Assembly: GCA_965235115.1 (NCBI GenBank)
Contig: OZ249436.1
Location: 45,014,001-45,078,000, forward strand
Reading direction: 5' to 3'
From: Laetmonice hystrix
Taxonomy: Eukaryota
DNA: 64,000 nt
Numbering within the stretch: position 1 is the stretch's first letter; every line of letters begins with the position of its first letter. A program made the translations under genes and the position numbers. Below, one piece after another: positions 1 to 13,044 of this stretch. Under the pieces are notes generated by a model, which was not told the origin of the DNA, made no database searches, and saw only the letters and a program-made list of their open reading frames with translations.

Positions 1-1090
1 GGTACCGATACCGACCCACCACCTCCCGGCCGCCCGCCCTGTGCTATCTATACCCGGGTACCGATACCGACCCACCACCTCCCGGCCGCCCGCCGTGTGC
101 TATCTATACCCGGGTACCGATACCCACCCACCACCTCCCGCCCGCCCTGTGCTATCTATACCCGGGTACCGATACCGACCCATCACCTCCCGGCCGCCCG
201 CCCTGTGCTATCTATACCCGGGTACCAATACCGACCCACCACCTCCCGGCCGCCCGCCCTGTGCTATCTATACCCGGGTACCGATACCGACCCACCACCT
301 CCCGGCCGCCCGCCCTGTGCTATCTATACCCGGGTACCGATACCGACCCACCACCTCCCGGCCGCCCGCCGTGTGCTATCTATACCCGGGTACCGATACC
401 CACCCACCACCTCCCGGCCGCCCTGTGCTATCTATACCCGGGTACCCATACCGACCCACCACCTCCCGCCCGCCCTGTGCTATCTATACCCGGGTACCGA
501 TACCCACCCACCACCTCCCGCCCGCCCTGTGCTATCTATACCCGGGTACTGATACCGACCCACCACCTCCCGCCCGCCCTGTGCTATCTATACCCGGGTA
601 CCGATACCGACCCACCACCTCCCGGCCGCCCGCCCTGTGCTATCTATACCCGGGTACCCATACCGACCCACCACCTCCCGGCCCGCCCTGTGCTATCTAT
701 ACCCGGGTACCGATACCGACCCACCACCTCCCGGCCCGCCCTGTGCTATCTATACCCGGGTACTGATACCGACCCACCACCTCCCGGCCGCCCGCCCTGT
801 GCTATCTATACCCGGGTACCGATACCGACCCACCACCTCCCGGCCGCCCGCCCTGTGCTATCTATACCCGGGTACCGATACCGACCCACCACCTCCCGCC
901 CGCCCTGTGCTATCTATACCCGGGTACCGATACCGACCCACCACCTCCCGCCCGCCCTGTGCTATCTATACCCGGGTACCGATACCGACCCACCACCTCC
1001 CGCCCGCCCTGTGCTATCTATACCCGGGTACCGATACCGACCCACCACCTCCCGGCCGCCCTGTGCTATCCATACCCGGGTACCCATACC
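1..1090. repeat. Minisatellite, 52-56-bp unit, ~20 copies (truncated by window start)
   Basis: ggtaccgataccgacccaccacctcccggccgcccgccctgtgctatctatacccg. Confidence 0.97.
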
Positions 1091-2056
1091 GTGGACCTGT
1101 ACCTATGAATGAGGGAGACGGAAGATAGCAAGAGACCACGAATCTCGGGGTAAAACCCTCCACCCCACCCTCCGGCGTCTCCACTGGGAGACAAACCAGG
1201 GGAATATGTCAGGTTTAGGTCGTCGTGCCTGGCCCAGCAATCCACACCGCCCTACACCAGCCCTGCAGCCACATCATGTCAATAATATTGCCATATTCTA
1301 ACACTGGTTATTTGTCTCCAAGCTTCCAACTACAATCTCTGTCAGTTTTGTCATTCTGCCCTAATTTACGCGCCACGTCTGACTTTGTAGTTGTCAAGTC
1401 TAAGATTTAAAATAAAAGCAATTGGGTGTGTGCAAATATTTCCTTAATGGTAAAAACTTTGAACAGAGTGGCACACATGGCTGTGTCATGGATCCAACTT
1501 ATTTATTTGATTGCCTGCACTGAAAAATACTTAAAAGTCTCAAAGACCTCCGACAGCTCCCTAAAAATGTAGTCAAATCCTTATTTATCTTTTCATGTTT
1601 TTATGCGGTCTCCCCGCCCAGATCTTTATGGCTGCACTAAGAGATCATTGAGATCTACACTTCAGTCAGAGAGTCACATCAGATCGTCTGGTGCCACAAC
1701 CAGCATGGCCTTACGTGGAGAAAATACCAGTAATAAATACATCGGTTAAGTAAACAACTGCCTCACCTTTTGACAGCTGATGGAGAACATGGCGTAGAAA
1801 AATTATAGATTTTTCTTAAAGGGGACAATTTTATTAGCTTAGGAATCAACAAATGTTTTGTAATGTACCGGCGTTATGGCCAGTGTATTATAGTATTAGG
1901 GTGTCTTTTATCGTCTGTCTGGAAAACGTTTGTTTAAAAGCTGTCTTTAAAAACTATATGTTGAAGTTTTAAGGGACCAGAAAGTGTCTTTTATTTATAT
2001 CTGAAGCAGTTTTTCATCATGGCAGCAGGATGACCATGAAAGTTCTTAAAGTGACC

Positions 2057-2234
2057 GCGTGCTGGGCATGGGACAACTGGCAGCGTGCTCGGCATGGGAC
2101 AACTGACCGCGTGCTCGGCATGGGACAACTGGCCGCGTGCTCGGCATGGGACAACTGGCAGCGTGCTCGGCATGGGACAACTGGCAGCGTGCTCGGCATG
2201 GGACAACTGGCAGCGTGCTCGGCATGGGACAACT
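2057..2234. repeat. Minisatellite, 26-bp unit, ~7 copies
   Basis: gcgtgctcggcatgggacaactggca. Confidence 0.95.
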
Positions 2235-2362
2235 TGTCCCAGAGAGAGGTGATGACAAATCATCACTCTCTGCTCTGACTCTCCCAACCACCAGTGACAT
2301 ATTGTTTGAAAGAGGATGAAGGCTGATTTAGGACGTTGATGTCCGACCACATCCGCTGCGGG

Positions 2363-2470
2363 CCTCGAGTGAGCTCCTCGAGTGAGCCCCTCGAGTGAGC
2401 CCCTCGAGTGAGCCCCTCGAGTGAGCCCCTCAAGTGAGCCCCTCGAGTGAGCCCCTCGAGTGAGCCCCTC
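2363..2470. repeat. Minisatellite, 13-bp unit, ~8 copies
   Basis: cctcgagtgagcc. Confidence 0.95.
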
Positions 2471-3469
2471 AGGGCGCCAGATAGGGGTTTGGTTAATCAG
2501 TGTGTGTCGCTGCTAGGCATCAGTTTTAATACCATCTCTAGACCGAGGAAACTGGAGCTGCCGCCTCCTCACGGTATCTCTATACCGTCAGAGAATCTGC
2601 GCCACTTTTCAACATGGTTGAGAACATTTTGTCCCGGTACGCGGGTTTCCTGTGCACAATTGGACGGAATCACAATTGTTTCTGTCCCTCCGGAGGATGG
2701 CCAGGAGTTGCCCGCCGGGTGTTGAGCAACTAATAACTCACTCATATTGTATTGTGAGTGGGCTGGAAACGTTTCAAATTCTTACCACTTGTTCAATTTA
2801 TCATTGATATTCTACCACTTGTTATAGTCACTGGCATTGATCATATTGAAATTCCTACAGTATTGAAATAACTTGACCTCTGCACTGACAAACGTGCTGG
2901 AGTCCGAGAAGTTGCGTGCCGGTTTTGTCACCCCTGCCTTACCCTCATCATCCTGGTTAAATCCTTTGCTGAAACTGAAAGGGCGTGAAAAAAACATCTG
3001 TCATCATTCAGAAAGCTGGGGGACTGCATCAGATGGTGCGGGAAACCGGAGGGACTGCACCAGATGGTACGGAGACCATTTGGTTTCCATTTCCTGGATC
3101 CTGACATTTTAGATTGTCAGAAAAAAGGAAAGTAGGTAGACAAGGGGCTTACCGGAACATCGCACGTTACTTGCACCGTTTTTTTTCTTCTGATTTCCTG
3201 GTGTTTTATGGGGTATTACATCAAACAACGTTAATTCAAGGTCGTGGTGCTAAAATATGGTTTTCTGTATCCATTCAAGTACGGGAAGGTCGAACTAATC
3301 CACCGAGGTTTTTCAAGGCACCACATGTTTCTACTGAGAAACGAGGAGGACGTGTAGCATTTGGAACACTTTTTTTGGAACACAATTATTTATGCGAATG
3401 TGAATATCTTCGACATGTTCGATTAGTTTTAAGTTTAATCGTCATGTACTTGTGCTTAGCTCTGAATGC

Positions 3470-3546
3470 GAATGAGACATTGAATGAGACATTGAATGAG
3501 ACCTAGAATGAGACATTGAATGACACATTGAATGACACATTGAATG
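3470..3546. repeat. 12-bp tandem repeat, ~6 copies
   Basis: tgaatgagacat. Confidence 0.85.
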
Positions 3547-4063
3547 TGAAAACTTTTCTTGATTATCACCGTGTTTTAGCTGACATTTCCGATTTGTTGA
3601 AACATCTTACGTATTTACTGACAAGCTCTGAAACAAAAATAGCCGACGATAACCAGGCGTTTAGATGGCCAGTGCGGTCGTAACAATACCAATACTAGTC
3701 TAAGTAAGCTTAAAATCACACTTTTGAAATATATTAGATACGAGAGGTTGATGTTGATACATATCCATTATCTCTGCGTTATCCATTGCTGTCAGATCCC
3801 TCCCCGTCTGGTCTCGATTATTGTTAATAACTCAGGGTTGTTGGAGTCTGTGGGCATGAAGGACGTATAGAGTCATTCTCTTTAGATTGATAGTTAAATT
3901 GACAAAACGGGCTCAATGGTGAAATGGAAAATACCTCAAATTTATCTAGATGGACTTAGTGACACTTAAGCTAGTATAGTGTTCGAGTATTCAGACTGAT
4001 ACAATGAATATGTTACATCAGCGTCGCATGCTATCCTAGCATGTGTCAAGCATAATTACATGA

Positions 4064-4422
4064 GGGTTAAACATTATGTGACGGAGGCTTACCCAGGGAG
4101 AAACGGGTGGAACTTTTTGGTTGAGTAATAGTTTTGTCAAAATTGATTGTCACGTATGACAGCGGCGTTGTGTGTTCATGTATTTTAGATCTCAGTCATG
4201 ACGTGGTTTGGACCACGCCTATGACGTAGTCATGACGTCATACGGGTTAAACATTATGTGACGGAGGCTTACCCAGGGAGAAACGGGTGGAACTTTTTGG
4301 TTGAGTAATAGTTTTGTCAAAATTGATTGTCACGTATGACAGCGGCGTTGTGTGTTCATGTATTTTAGATCTCAGTCATGACGTGGTTTGGACCACGCCC
4401 ATGACGTAGTCATGACGTCATA
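4064..4422. repeat. 180-bp tandem duplication (2 copies)
   Basis: 4064-4243 and 4244-4422 are identical apart from one visible substitution (4220/4400). Confidence 0.95.
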
Positions 4423-5214
4423 GACGTCACGTCCTTGTTGTGCTAGTGACGGTCAACACGCCCGTCAGTGTTGCGCCTTGATTACGATTAGTCTGGTATC
4501 GTTGTTACTCATGACTGACGGGAGATTATACTACCTTATTTCATATCAGCAACAAGATTATGGCGTGAAGCGTTCAGTAATATCAAGAACTTTCACGTAC
4601 CGACTGTACAGCAAATCCTTTTGATAATTTCTTCTTCCCGTTTTTGGTGTGTAAGGGAAACAAACAGGAGTCCCAAGCTATGTAACTGTAAACTAAGTCA
4701 AAGTTACCTAACTGAGAAAATGGCCACGAGCCAAACCATGTCAGCCATAATTCCATGTTCTTTGATGTCAAGATAGACAGCCTTTTTATCCCCATCTCAG
4801 CTGGCAAGGCATAGGCCACACTGAGGTGCGTTTTCTCATAGTCATTATGGCTGTGTCTGGTATCCTATTGACATACAGGTATATTTTAGTGCTGAAAAAT
4901 GGGCGTCGGTGAAAGTAAGTGACAAAGAATTTGTCGAGACCATCCCCTCGTATCGTCGGTCATGTATTCTTACTTTATGGCAGGCTGGCTACCCTGTCGC
5001 CGGGAACAAACTATATTGTTTTGTCGTTTAGCTGACATGCCGGTTTCTGGTTTCCTGGTGACCTGTTACTAATGAATGTGGCCACCTGCCATGTGGTGAT
5101 GGCTGAGTTAGGAAGAATGCCTTAAGATTCCCATGACGGGACTCTGTTCCAGGAAGATATCTTTGGACGTTTAAGAAAGATACCCCTTGGTTTAAGCTAG
5201 ATATATCATATATC

Positions 5215-5272
5215 TCCGTATATCATGGAGGTTGTTTAAGATATATCTTAAACAACCTCCATGATATACGGA
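5215..5272. repeat. 58-bp perfect palindrome with no spacer
   Basis: tccgtatatcatggaggttgtttaagata|tatcttaaacaacctccatgatatacgga. Confidence 0.95.
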
Positions 5273-5356
5273 ACCATAAAGGACATTTCATCGAAAGTTT
5301 AGGACAATGTTAGGATCGGTTTCATGCTGGTAGGTGACTTGATAGATAGATAGAAA

Positions 5357-5575
5357 GGAGAAGAAGGAGAAGGAGAAGAAGAAGAAGAAGAAGAAGAAGA
5401 AGAAGAAGAAGAAGAAGAAGAAGAAGAAGAAGAAGAAGAAGAAGAAGAAGAAGAAGAAGAAGAAGAAGAAGAAGAAGAAGAAGAAGAAGAAGAAGAAGAA
5501 GAAGAAGAAGAAGAAGGTGGACGAAGAAGAAGGTGGACGAAGAAGAAGGTGGACGAAGAAGAAGGTGGACGAAGA
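5357..5575 (+). repeat. (GAA)n microsatellite, ~47 pure units plus a gaaggtggacgaagaa tail
   Basis: Pure GAA run 5375-5515. Confidence 0.97.
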
Positions 5576-7746
5576 AAAAGAAAACGTTTGAAACCAAATA
5601 TATTTCCCAGCATATTAGAAAAAAACAATTATTTGTTAGGTGGTGATGTTTATAGGCTATAAGTGTGTGACATACAGCAGTGTGACCAAAATTAATGACT
5701 CCAAGCTCATGGTCCGACTGGTAGTCACGTGCCTGCAAGCGAGCCGAAAGTAATTAAATTGTTATATAAACTTTGTCTAGCGGGGTTTTTAGGTCAGAGT
5801 CTCAGTTTCCCTGATTGATATATCGGCATTCCGATGCCCGTATTCATGAAAACTGGGTCGGACTTAGCCTGTCGCAATAATAAACAAGAACTTTATGAAA
5901 ATTAGCGGAACACAGCTTGTTAAGGACCAGTCCATAAATTCCATGATCACTTTGTAGTTATCTTTGTCAGCCGATATGTAACTGACTCATTAACACATTC
6001 TGGTCGCTTCAGGGTGTTTGACTTCATGAATCCAGGACAGTCGGCAAAGTTAAACTCTCACTCAATGTATACTTTATGATGTTTATAGGCTAAATAATCA
6101 ATTTTAAGGACATCGAGCGATAGGAAAGCCTGTCAAACAGCCTGATTAAAATATACCTTTGATCTGGGGGCAATTAGTCAGTGTTTCTGTTGTGGGTTAA
6201 TACCTGCTAATTAAAACAGTCTCGCCTTTTGGACGTGAGAGGTGATGTGGTTGTGACTGGGATGGCAGCTGCCGGAATGTGGGCTCTGTGTGCTGGACTC
6301 TGGGTACAGATGGTGGTAATCACAGCTAGGTTCGTTACCGCCAGCTGTCCTCATCATTATCACGTTAACACGCTACATGTAACAACTAGCGCCCCCTAAC
6401 GACGAGTACACACATTAGTCATGCCACTGTCATTGATAGTTTCACACCAGTGAACTATTGACCTTTCAACCCCTGACACAGATTGACAAATCAGCTGACA
6501 TTTGGTTGTCGAAAGTGTCAGTTCAGTATTTATTTATTCCGATGATGTAATTGTTGGTAGTTTCTACTAAACTGTGCGCTTGTCTCGAGATGCGATTTGT
6601 TGACAGTTGGGAGTGACAAACAGAGGTTGGCATTGGAATCACGGCACAGTGTGCACTCATGGTAGATTCTACTCATTTATTCAAAAAGCTGCGGTAGACA
6701 TTGGGTCGTGCAGAGAATGTGTTGATTTGGTTATTTAGACATTGTGTGAGGTGGTGATTTAACGGGTTTGTGTCTGCGCAACTATCTGTCACATTGTACA
6801 GCAGAAAGATATCATGACAGGTTAACGTTGCCCTACTCTCTACACATTATACTTTGGGTAGGGAGTGGGGAGGGGGTAGGATTAACTTTGAATATGTTAG
6901 AAAGTTATGTCAGATTGAAGCATGAGTTCCGAAGGGATGGAATATGGTAGGTTGTACTAGACGTTCTGCTGGAGTTGCAGCTTTGTCTTTACCCAGTAAC
7001 CAAGGCTCTCCTCACCGTGGGTTTTTGGCAGTATTTATGGCTGGCGACAAATACTAGCATGACAATTCTGGATCCCCGACAGACCAGATTCTAATGCCCG
7101 CCGACCCGGAAATATGTGATCTCAGTCAGCATAAAGAAAGTAGATATTGGGCTGACGCTGTCGATGATTAATATACGCCATTGAAATTTGTAGCAGGTCT
7201 TTCTTCACCATCATGGGAGGCGACGTGAGGATGCTGGGTTCCAGGATGTAAAACCAGATTAACAATCAGTGAGGTAGCCGTACTAGGGCCAGTGTACCAA
7301 GGTACCAAGGTCAAAGGTTAAAGGGCGGTTGTTAGTTACGGTTTCCTGCCGTCTGAGATTCGGTGACCGTTACATGATGGTTGGTTGGTCATAAATACGG
7401 GCCTCAATTACTTACCAACGGTACTGATCACGTGATGTGGCATTCAGAAATCTGGGCGGGACCGTCTCAAAACATCCGTTAATTAGGTAGCACAGGGATG
7501 GTGCAGTAGAATTTTATCCCTGATGTAACACAGATTTGCGATAGAAAACAACCTGGTAATTGCCTGGTAGATAATCGGCCACTTTAAGAAATGTTTTTAT
7601 TTGTGATGAATATGTTGTACTTATGTGTGACTCTCTGATTGATCACAGGTAAAGGACGTTTAAAGCAGACTGGTGTTCGGGCGGTTAATTGGATGTGATT
7701 TTTAATCGGTGTTTTCAATGAGATTTTAATGAAGGACGGTGAAGTA

Positions 7747-8970
7747 TACTGACTACACATTTAGAAGGTACACTGGTGTTACTTTGATGACGTGAGTCGT
7801 ATAGAGTCACAGTGACACTGAGACCAGTGTACTCTCACCCCTGTATTCTACAGTTTAGAGTATTGATTATACTGACTACACATTCAGAAGGTACACTGGT
7901 GTTACTTTGATGACGTGAGTCGTATAGAGTCACAGTGACACTGAGACCAGTGTACTCTCACCCCTGTATTCTACAGTTTAGAGTATTGATTATTGACTAC
8001 ACATTCAGAAGGTACACTGGTGTTACTTTGATGACGTGAGTCGTATAGAGCCACAGTGACACTGAGACCAGTGTACTCTCACCCCTGTATTCTACAGTTT
8101 AGAGTATTGATTATTGACTACACATTCAGAAGGTACACTGGTGTTACTTTGATGACGTGAGTCGTATAGAGTCACAGTGACACTGAGACCAGTGTACTCT
8201 CACCCCTGTATTCTACAGTTTAGAGTATTGATTATTGACTACACATTCAGAAGGTACACTGGTGTTACTTTGATGACGTGAGTCGTATAGAGTCACAGTG
8301 ACACTGAGACCAGTGTACTCTCACCCCTGTATTCTACAGTTTAGAGTATTGATTATTGACTACACATTCAGAAGGTACACTGGTGTTACTTTGATGACGT
8401 GAGTCGTATAGAGTCACAGTGACACTGAGACCAGTGTACTCTCACCCCTGTATTCTACAGTTTAGAGTATTGATTATTGACTACACAGTGACTCCACATT
8501 CAGAAGGTACACTGGTGTTACTTTGATGACGTGAGTCGTATAGAGTCACAGTGACACTGAGACCAGTGTACTCTCACCCCTGTATTCTACAGTTTAGAGT
8601 ATTGATTATACTGACTACACATTCAGAAGGTACACTGGTGTTACTTTGATGACGTGAGTCGTATAGAGTCACAGTGACACTGAGACCAGTGTACTCTCAC
8701 CCCTGTATTCTACAGTTTAGAGTATTGATTATACTGACTACACATTCAGAAGGTACACTGGTGTTACTTTGATGACGTGAGTCGTATAGAGTCACAGTGA
8801 CACTGAGACCAGTGTACTCTCACCCCTGTATTCTACAGTTTAGAGTATTGATTATTGACTACACATTCAGAAGGTACACTGGTGTTACTTTGATGACGTG
8901 AGTCGTATAGAGTCACAGTGACACTGAGACCAGTGTACTCTCAGCCTTTATACCGTTTAGAGTATTGATT
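7747..8970. repeat. Tandem repeat, 121-123-bp unit, ~10 copies
   Basis: Unit ...gaaggtacactggtgttactttgatgacgtgagtcgtatagagtcacagtgacactgagaccagtgtactctc..., with a 10-bp internal inverted repeat gtacactggt/accagtgtac. Confidence 0.97.
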
Positions 8971-9689
8971 ACTCTCTGCCCTGGGAGTCTACTGTCAGAT
9001 GGAGAAAGCATGGTATCTGCTTTCAGCTCCTTTTTATTAGTTCATGAATGTTATATGTTGCCGTCTGCTATTAAATTACCTAAAGGAAATGTAAACATTC
9101 TGTTTGTCAAATCATAGCTCCCCTTTGGCTGGAATAATGGCAACCATTATTACATTTTTCTTCTGTTATATAAAGATTTTAAGATGCAAACACATGTATT
9201 GTGATGTCATTGAGTATAAATCCGTTTCCTCATTCATCTGTGGATTATTTATATTTTGAACATTACTACAACTCCATGTTGTAAGATTGAGAAAATCTCA
9301 GCCTGATGTGATCTATTACAATGGAGATTCTAGTGGTTGTACAGGAGTGCCAGGAGAGCGATATTCCGTGCCGTACCAGTAATACGATTAGAGAGAAGCA
9401 GAGCTGCTGTGTTTGGTTACGATGGTGGGTATTCACAGATAACCTCGTACCCGCTATTGGAATTAGATTTGCCCTATTTGAACAGGGGCCGTGTAGCCAA
9501 GTACTTGGAGCTTTCATGAATGTTTAGCGGACGATGTTATTACCAAGGTATAAGTACACTTGGAATTATGATAATATCCGTATAAACAAACAGATAGGCG
9601 TGAAAACAGTTTCTATTCGTTATTTATGATCGCATACCACGGAGAATGCGTAGTTTGGAACGCTTGATGCATTAGGAGAAAGGTTTTTT

Positions 9690-10376
9690 GGGATCATGCT
9701 GAACCATGTCAGAGACTGATTTGGGACCATGCTGAACCATGTCAGAGTCTGATTTGGGATCATGCTGAACCATGTCAGAGTCTGATTTGGGATCATGCTG
9801 AACCATGTCAGAGTCTGATTTGGGATCATGCTGAATCATGTCAGAGACTGATTTGGGACCATGCTGAACCATGTCAGAGACTGATTTGGGATCATGCTGA
9901 ACCATGTCAGAGACTGATTTGGGATCATGCTGAACCATGTCAGAGACTGATTTGGGATCATGCTGAACCATGTCAGAGACTGATTTGGGACCATGCTGAA
10001 CCATGTCAGAGACTGATTTGGGATCATGCTGAACCATGTCAGAGACTGATTTGGGATCATGCTGAACCATGTCAGAGACTGATTTGGGACCATGCTGAAC
10101 CATGTCAGGGACTGATTTGGGATCATGCTGAACCATGTCAGAGACTGATTTGGGATCATGCTGAACCATGTCAGAGACTGATTTGGGATCATGCTGAACC
10201 ATGTCAGAGACTGATTTGGGATCATGCTGAACCATGTCAGAGACTGATTTGGGATCATGCTGAACCATGTCAGAGACTGATTTGGGACCATGCTGAACCA
10301 TGTCAGAGACTGATTTGGGATCATGCTGAACCATGTCAGAGACTGATTTCGGATCATGCTGGACCATGTCAGAGAT
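9690..10376. repeat. Minisatellite, 33-bp unit, ~21 copies
   Basis: gggatcatgctgaaccatgtcagagactgattt. Confidence 0.97.
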
Positions 10377-10597
10377 TTATCGCCTCTGTGTACAGAAAGA
10401 AAAGGATGACGTAGTTCTGTTTGTGAATATGAACATGAACTACAGTAGTATTGATTGTGTACAACAAGTTTACACATGAAAAGATTGGTTTTATGTTTCG
10501 TTCAGGTACAAATTGGAGGGAGGAAGGTGACAGAGGGTACCTGTAGCTCGGGCTGCCACAATCAGTGATGCATTCAGTATCCAAGATGTATTCAGTA

Positions 10598-10802
10598 TCC
10601 CCTCCCCCTCCCCTCCCCCTCCCCTCCCCTCCCCATCCCATCCCCCTCCCCTCTCCCCCGTCTCCCTCTCCCTCCCCTCTTCTATGTCTCTCCCTTTCCC
10701 TCTCTCTGCCTCTCTCTCTCCCTGTCTCTCTCTCCCTCTCCCCCTCCTCTCTCTCTTTCCCTCTCTTTGCCTCTCTCTCTCCCTTTCCCTCTCTCTGTCT
10801 CT
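10598..10802. repeat. Polypyrimidine low-complexity tract
   Basis: Runs of (cccct)n and (ct)n. Confidence 0.9.
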
Positions 10803-12100
10803 GTATACGTTACGGTATGCCAGGTTATCCTTTACGACACAGTTGAGCCTGGCTGTCTAGAGACCTGCCCGTATCATGTATGGCAGACAGTGATAAAATA
10901 TAAATATTGGAGCCTTGCATGCCTGTCAGAATCACTGATAGCGGAAAGTGCTTGACTGCCAAAATTATCGTGCCAACGAGTTTGAGATATTCGCAGTTTA
11001 CGGCCAATTTTATCACCGCAAAGATGATTTATTCCATAACAGGCCGAGAGAAAATCAGCTGCCGGTTCTGAACGCTGATTCTGGGAAGAAAGTGCTAGCA
11101 TCGGTCAACTAGGGGAGTGCCGTTAGCACAAACTCTCCCCGACCATGTCTGGCTGACGGCAGTAACTTCAGAATATCATTCTCAGTCTATGTCTGGTATG
11201 CATTTCATAGAAAAACTCCTTTCTCATAATAACAATTATGTCTTGAATGGCATGTGTTGAATTATAAAGGAGCACTTTGTACCAACTCTTGTACTGAAAG
11301 TGAGGTTATTGTGGCAGAGTTTGGATCGATGAAGAGGAAATAAACGCTAATACTTTGTCCATAAAGGTGTACTGTCATGCAGCTTTATTGACTAACGGTA
11401 CATTGCATGAAGCTGTGAAATTTTTATGATCTTTTAAAGTTAGATTCAGACGTAGTTGTCTGCGAACACCTGGCGTTGTGAAAGGCTATAAAACCTACGT
11501 TTTCAGTCAGACTCAGCTCTTCAATCGAGGGATTCTGTTGCTACAAATTCAAATTCACACTTCAGTTGCTTTGCTGTGTTTTGTATATTTTGTTACTTCG
11601 AACGTTGTAGGAATTAGGTGTTGAGGATACCATGATAGCAAACGAGCACTGAAGGATCAAAGCTTTGCTGTTGCCGTCAGTGATTAGTTCGGAGTAATTG
11701 AGGCAAGCCTGGATTCTGAAAGAACAGGGCAGGTAGGAGTAGGCTGCAAGGCTGCACGATGTTAGTGAAGGCACTTAGCGACAGCCTGGCGTCGGAGGCT
11801 GCTGGCATCAGATGGAGGAATTTGTTGTGGATGTCGAGCCAGTATAAATTACATCAAGTCGGGAAACAGGCTCCGCTTCCGCTCCGGAAACTCATTGAAC
11901 TCCCGATCCGAGATGACAGAAACTGTTTAGCGGTTAATTAGGGAATATATTGCACTCTGCTCACCTACTGCGATTAGGTTACTTAAGACAGGTAGGCTCA
12001 AAGTAAACTATACTTGCATTCCTATAGACGGATTTATATAATCTGACCTCTGAAGGCTCTCTTCAGGACAAATCCAAGGTGAAAAATGTAATCATTGAGC

Positions 12101-12553
12101 ATGAGTAAACTCTGTTTCATAGATTCATTGTAGGCGATTCTATGAGTAAACTCTGTTTCATAGATTCATTGTAGGCGATTCTATGAGTAAACTCTGTTTC
12201 ATAGATTCATTGTAGGCGATTCTATGAGTAAACTGTTTCATAGATTCATTGTAGGCGATTCTATGAGTAAACTCTGTTTCATAGATTCAGTGTAGGCGAT
12301 TCTAGGAGTAAACTCTGTTTCATAGATTCATTGTAGGCGATTCTATGAGTAAACTCTGTTTCATAGATTCATTGTAGGCGATTCTATGAGTAAACTGTTT
12401 CATAGATTCATTGTAGGCGATTCTAGGAGTAAACTCTGTTTCATAGATTCAGTGTAGGCAATTCTGTGAGTAAACTCTGTTTCATAGATTCAGTGTAGGC
12501 GATTCTATGAGTAAACTCTGTTTCATAGATTCATTGTAGGCGATTCTGTGAGT
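12101..12553. repeat. Minisatellite, 41-bp unit, ~11 copies
   Basis: atgagtaaactctgtttcatagattcattgtaggcgattct. Confidence 0.97.
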
Positions 12554-13044
12554 TAAGACTAGACAGAGCAGGTCGTGGTCAAAAGATGCCAGACGGAGTT
12601 GTTCCAAGGTGGTGACGATCGTAAGAGAGAATCTCTACATATCACCAGCGAGTTACATAGCGCATACATTACAAACCTAAGGAGCACTACACCAGCATGT
12701 CAGGTGATGTCGGATACAAGTGGGCAGGGCCGCTGTGTAATGCCAACTCTACAGTTAACTCTGCCAGCTTTGTGGTAAAGGAGGGGTCTCTATGACACGA
12801 TAGACTGGTACCACCGGCCAGTCGTCGTGATCCCTGTGGCTCCACTCCGAATTCCTCTTCCTGGACGTGTCCTGACTTCAGGCACGATGTGGAGCACCCA
12901 GTTTCCAGGAAGGAATCGAGGGGTAGAACACTTAATATAATATCTCCGATAACAGTTCCCTTCAGCACTACGTAGGAGTACGCTTTATTGGAAATAGCTG
13001 ACCATAATGTATGGCGTGCCAAAAGTAGATAGCCATCTAGCCAC

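Noticed and set aside
41..1128. ORFs in the 56-bp array, and likewise those at 9672-10477, 29617-30354, 38715-39303, 42954-43539 and 46716-47563
   Set aside because: Repeat-derived, stop-poor frames with no protein-family signal.
7747..8970. CRISPR-like array or T7-promoter match (gtgagtcgtat)
   Set aside because: Units are contiguous with no unique spacers, there are no cas genes, and the context is eukaryotic. The T7 match is only 11 bp and lacks the TATA initiation part.
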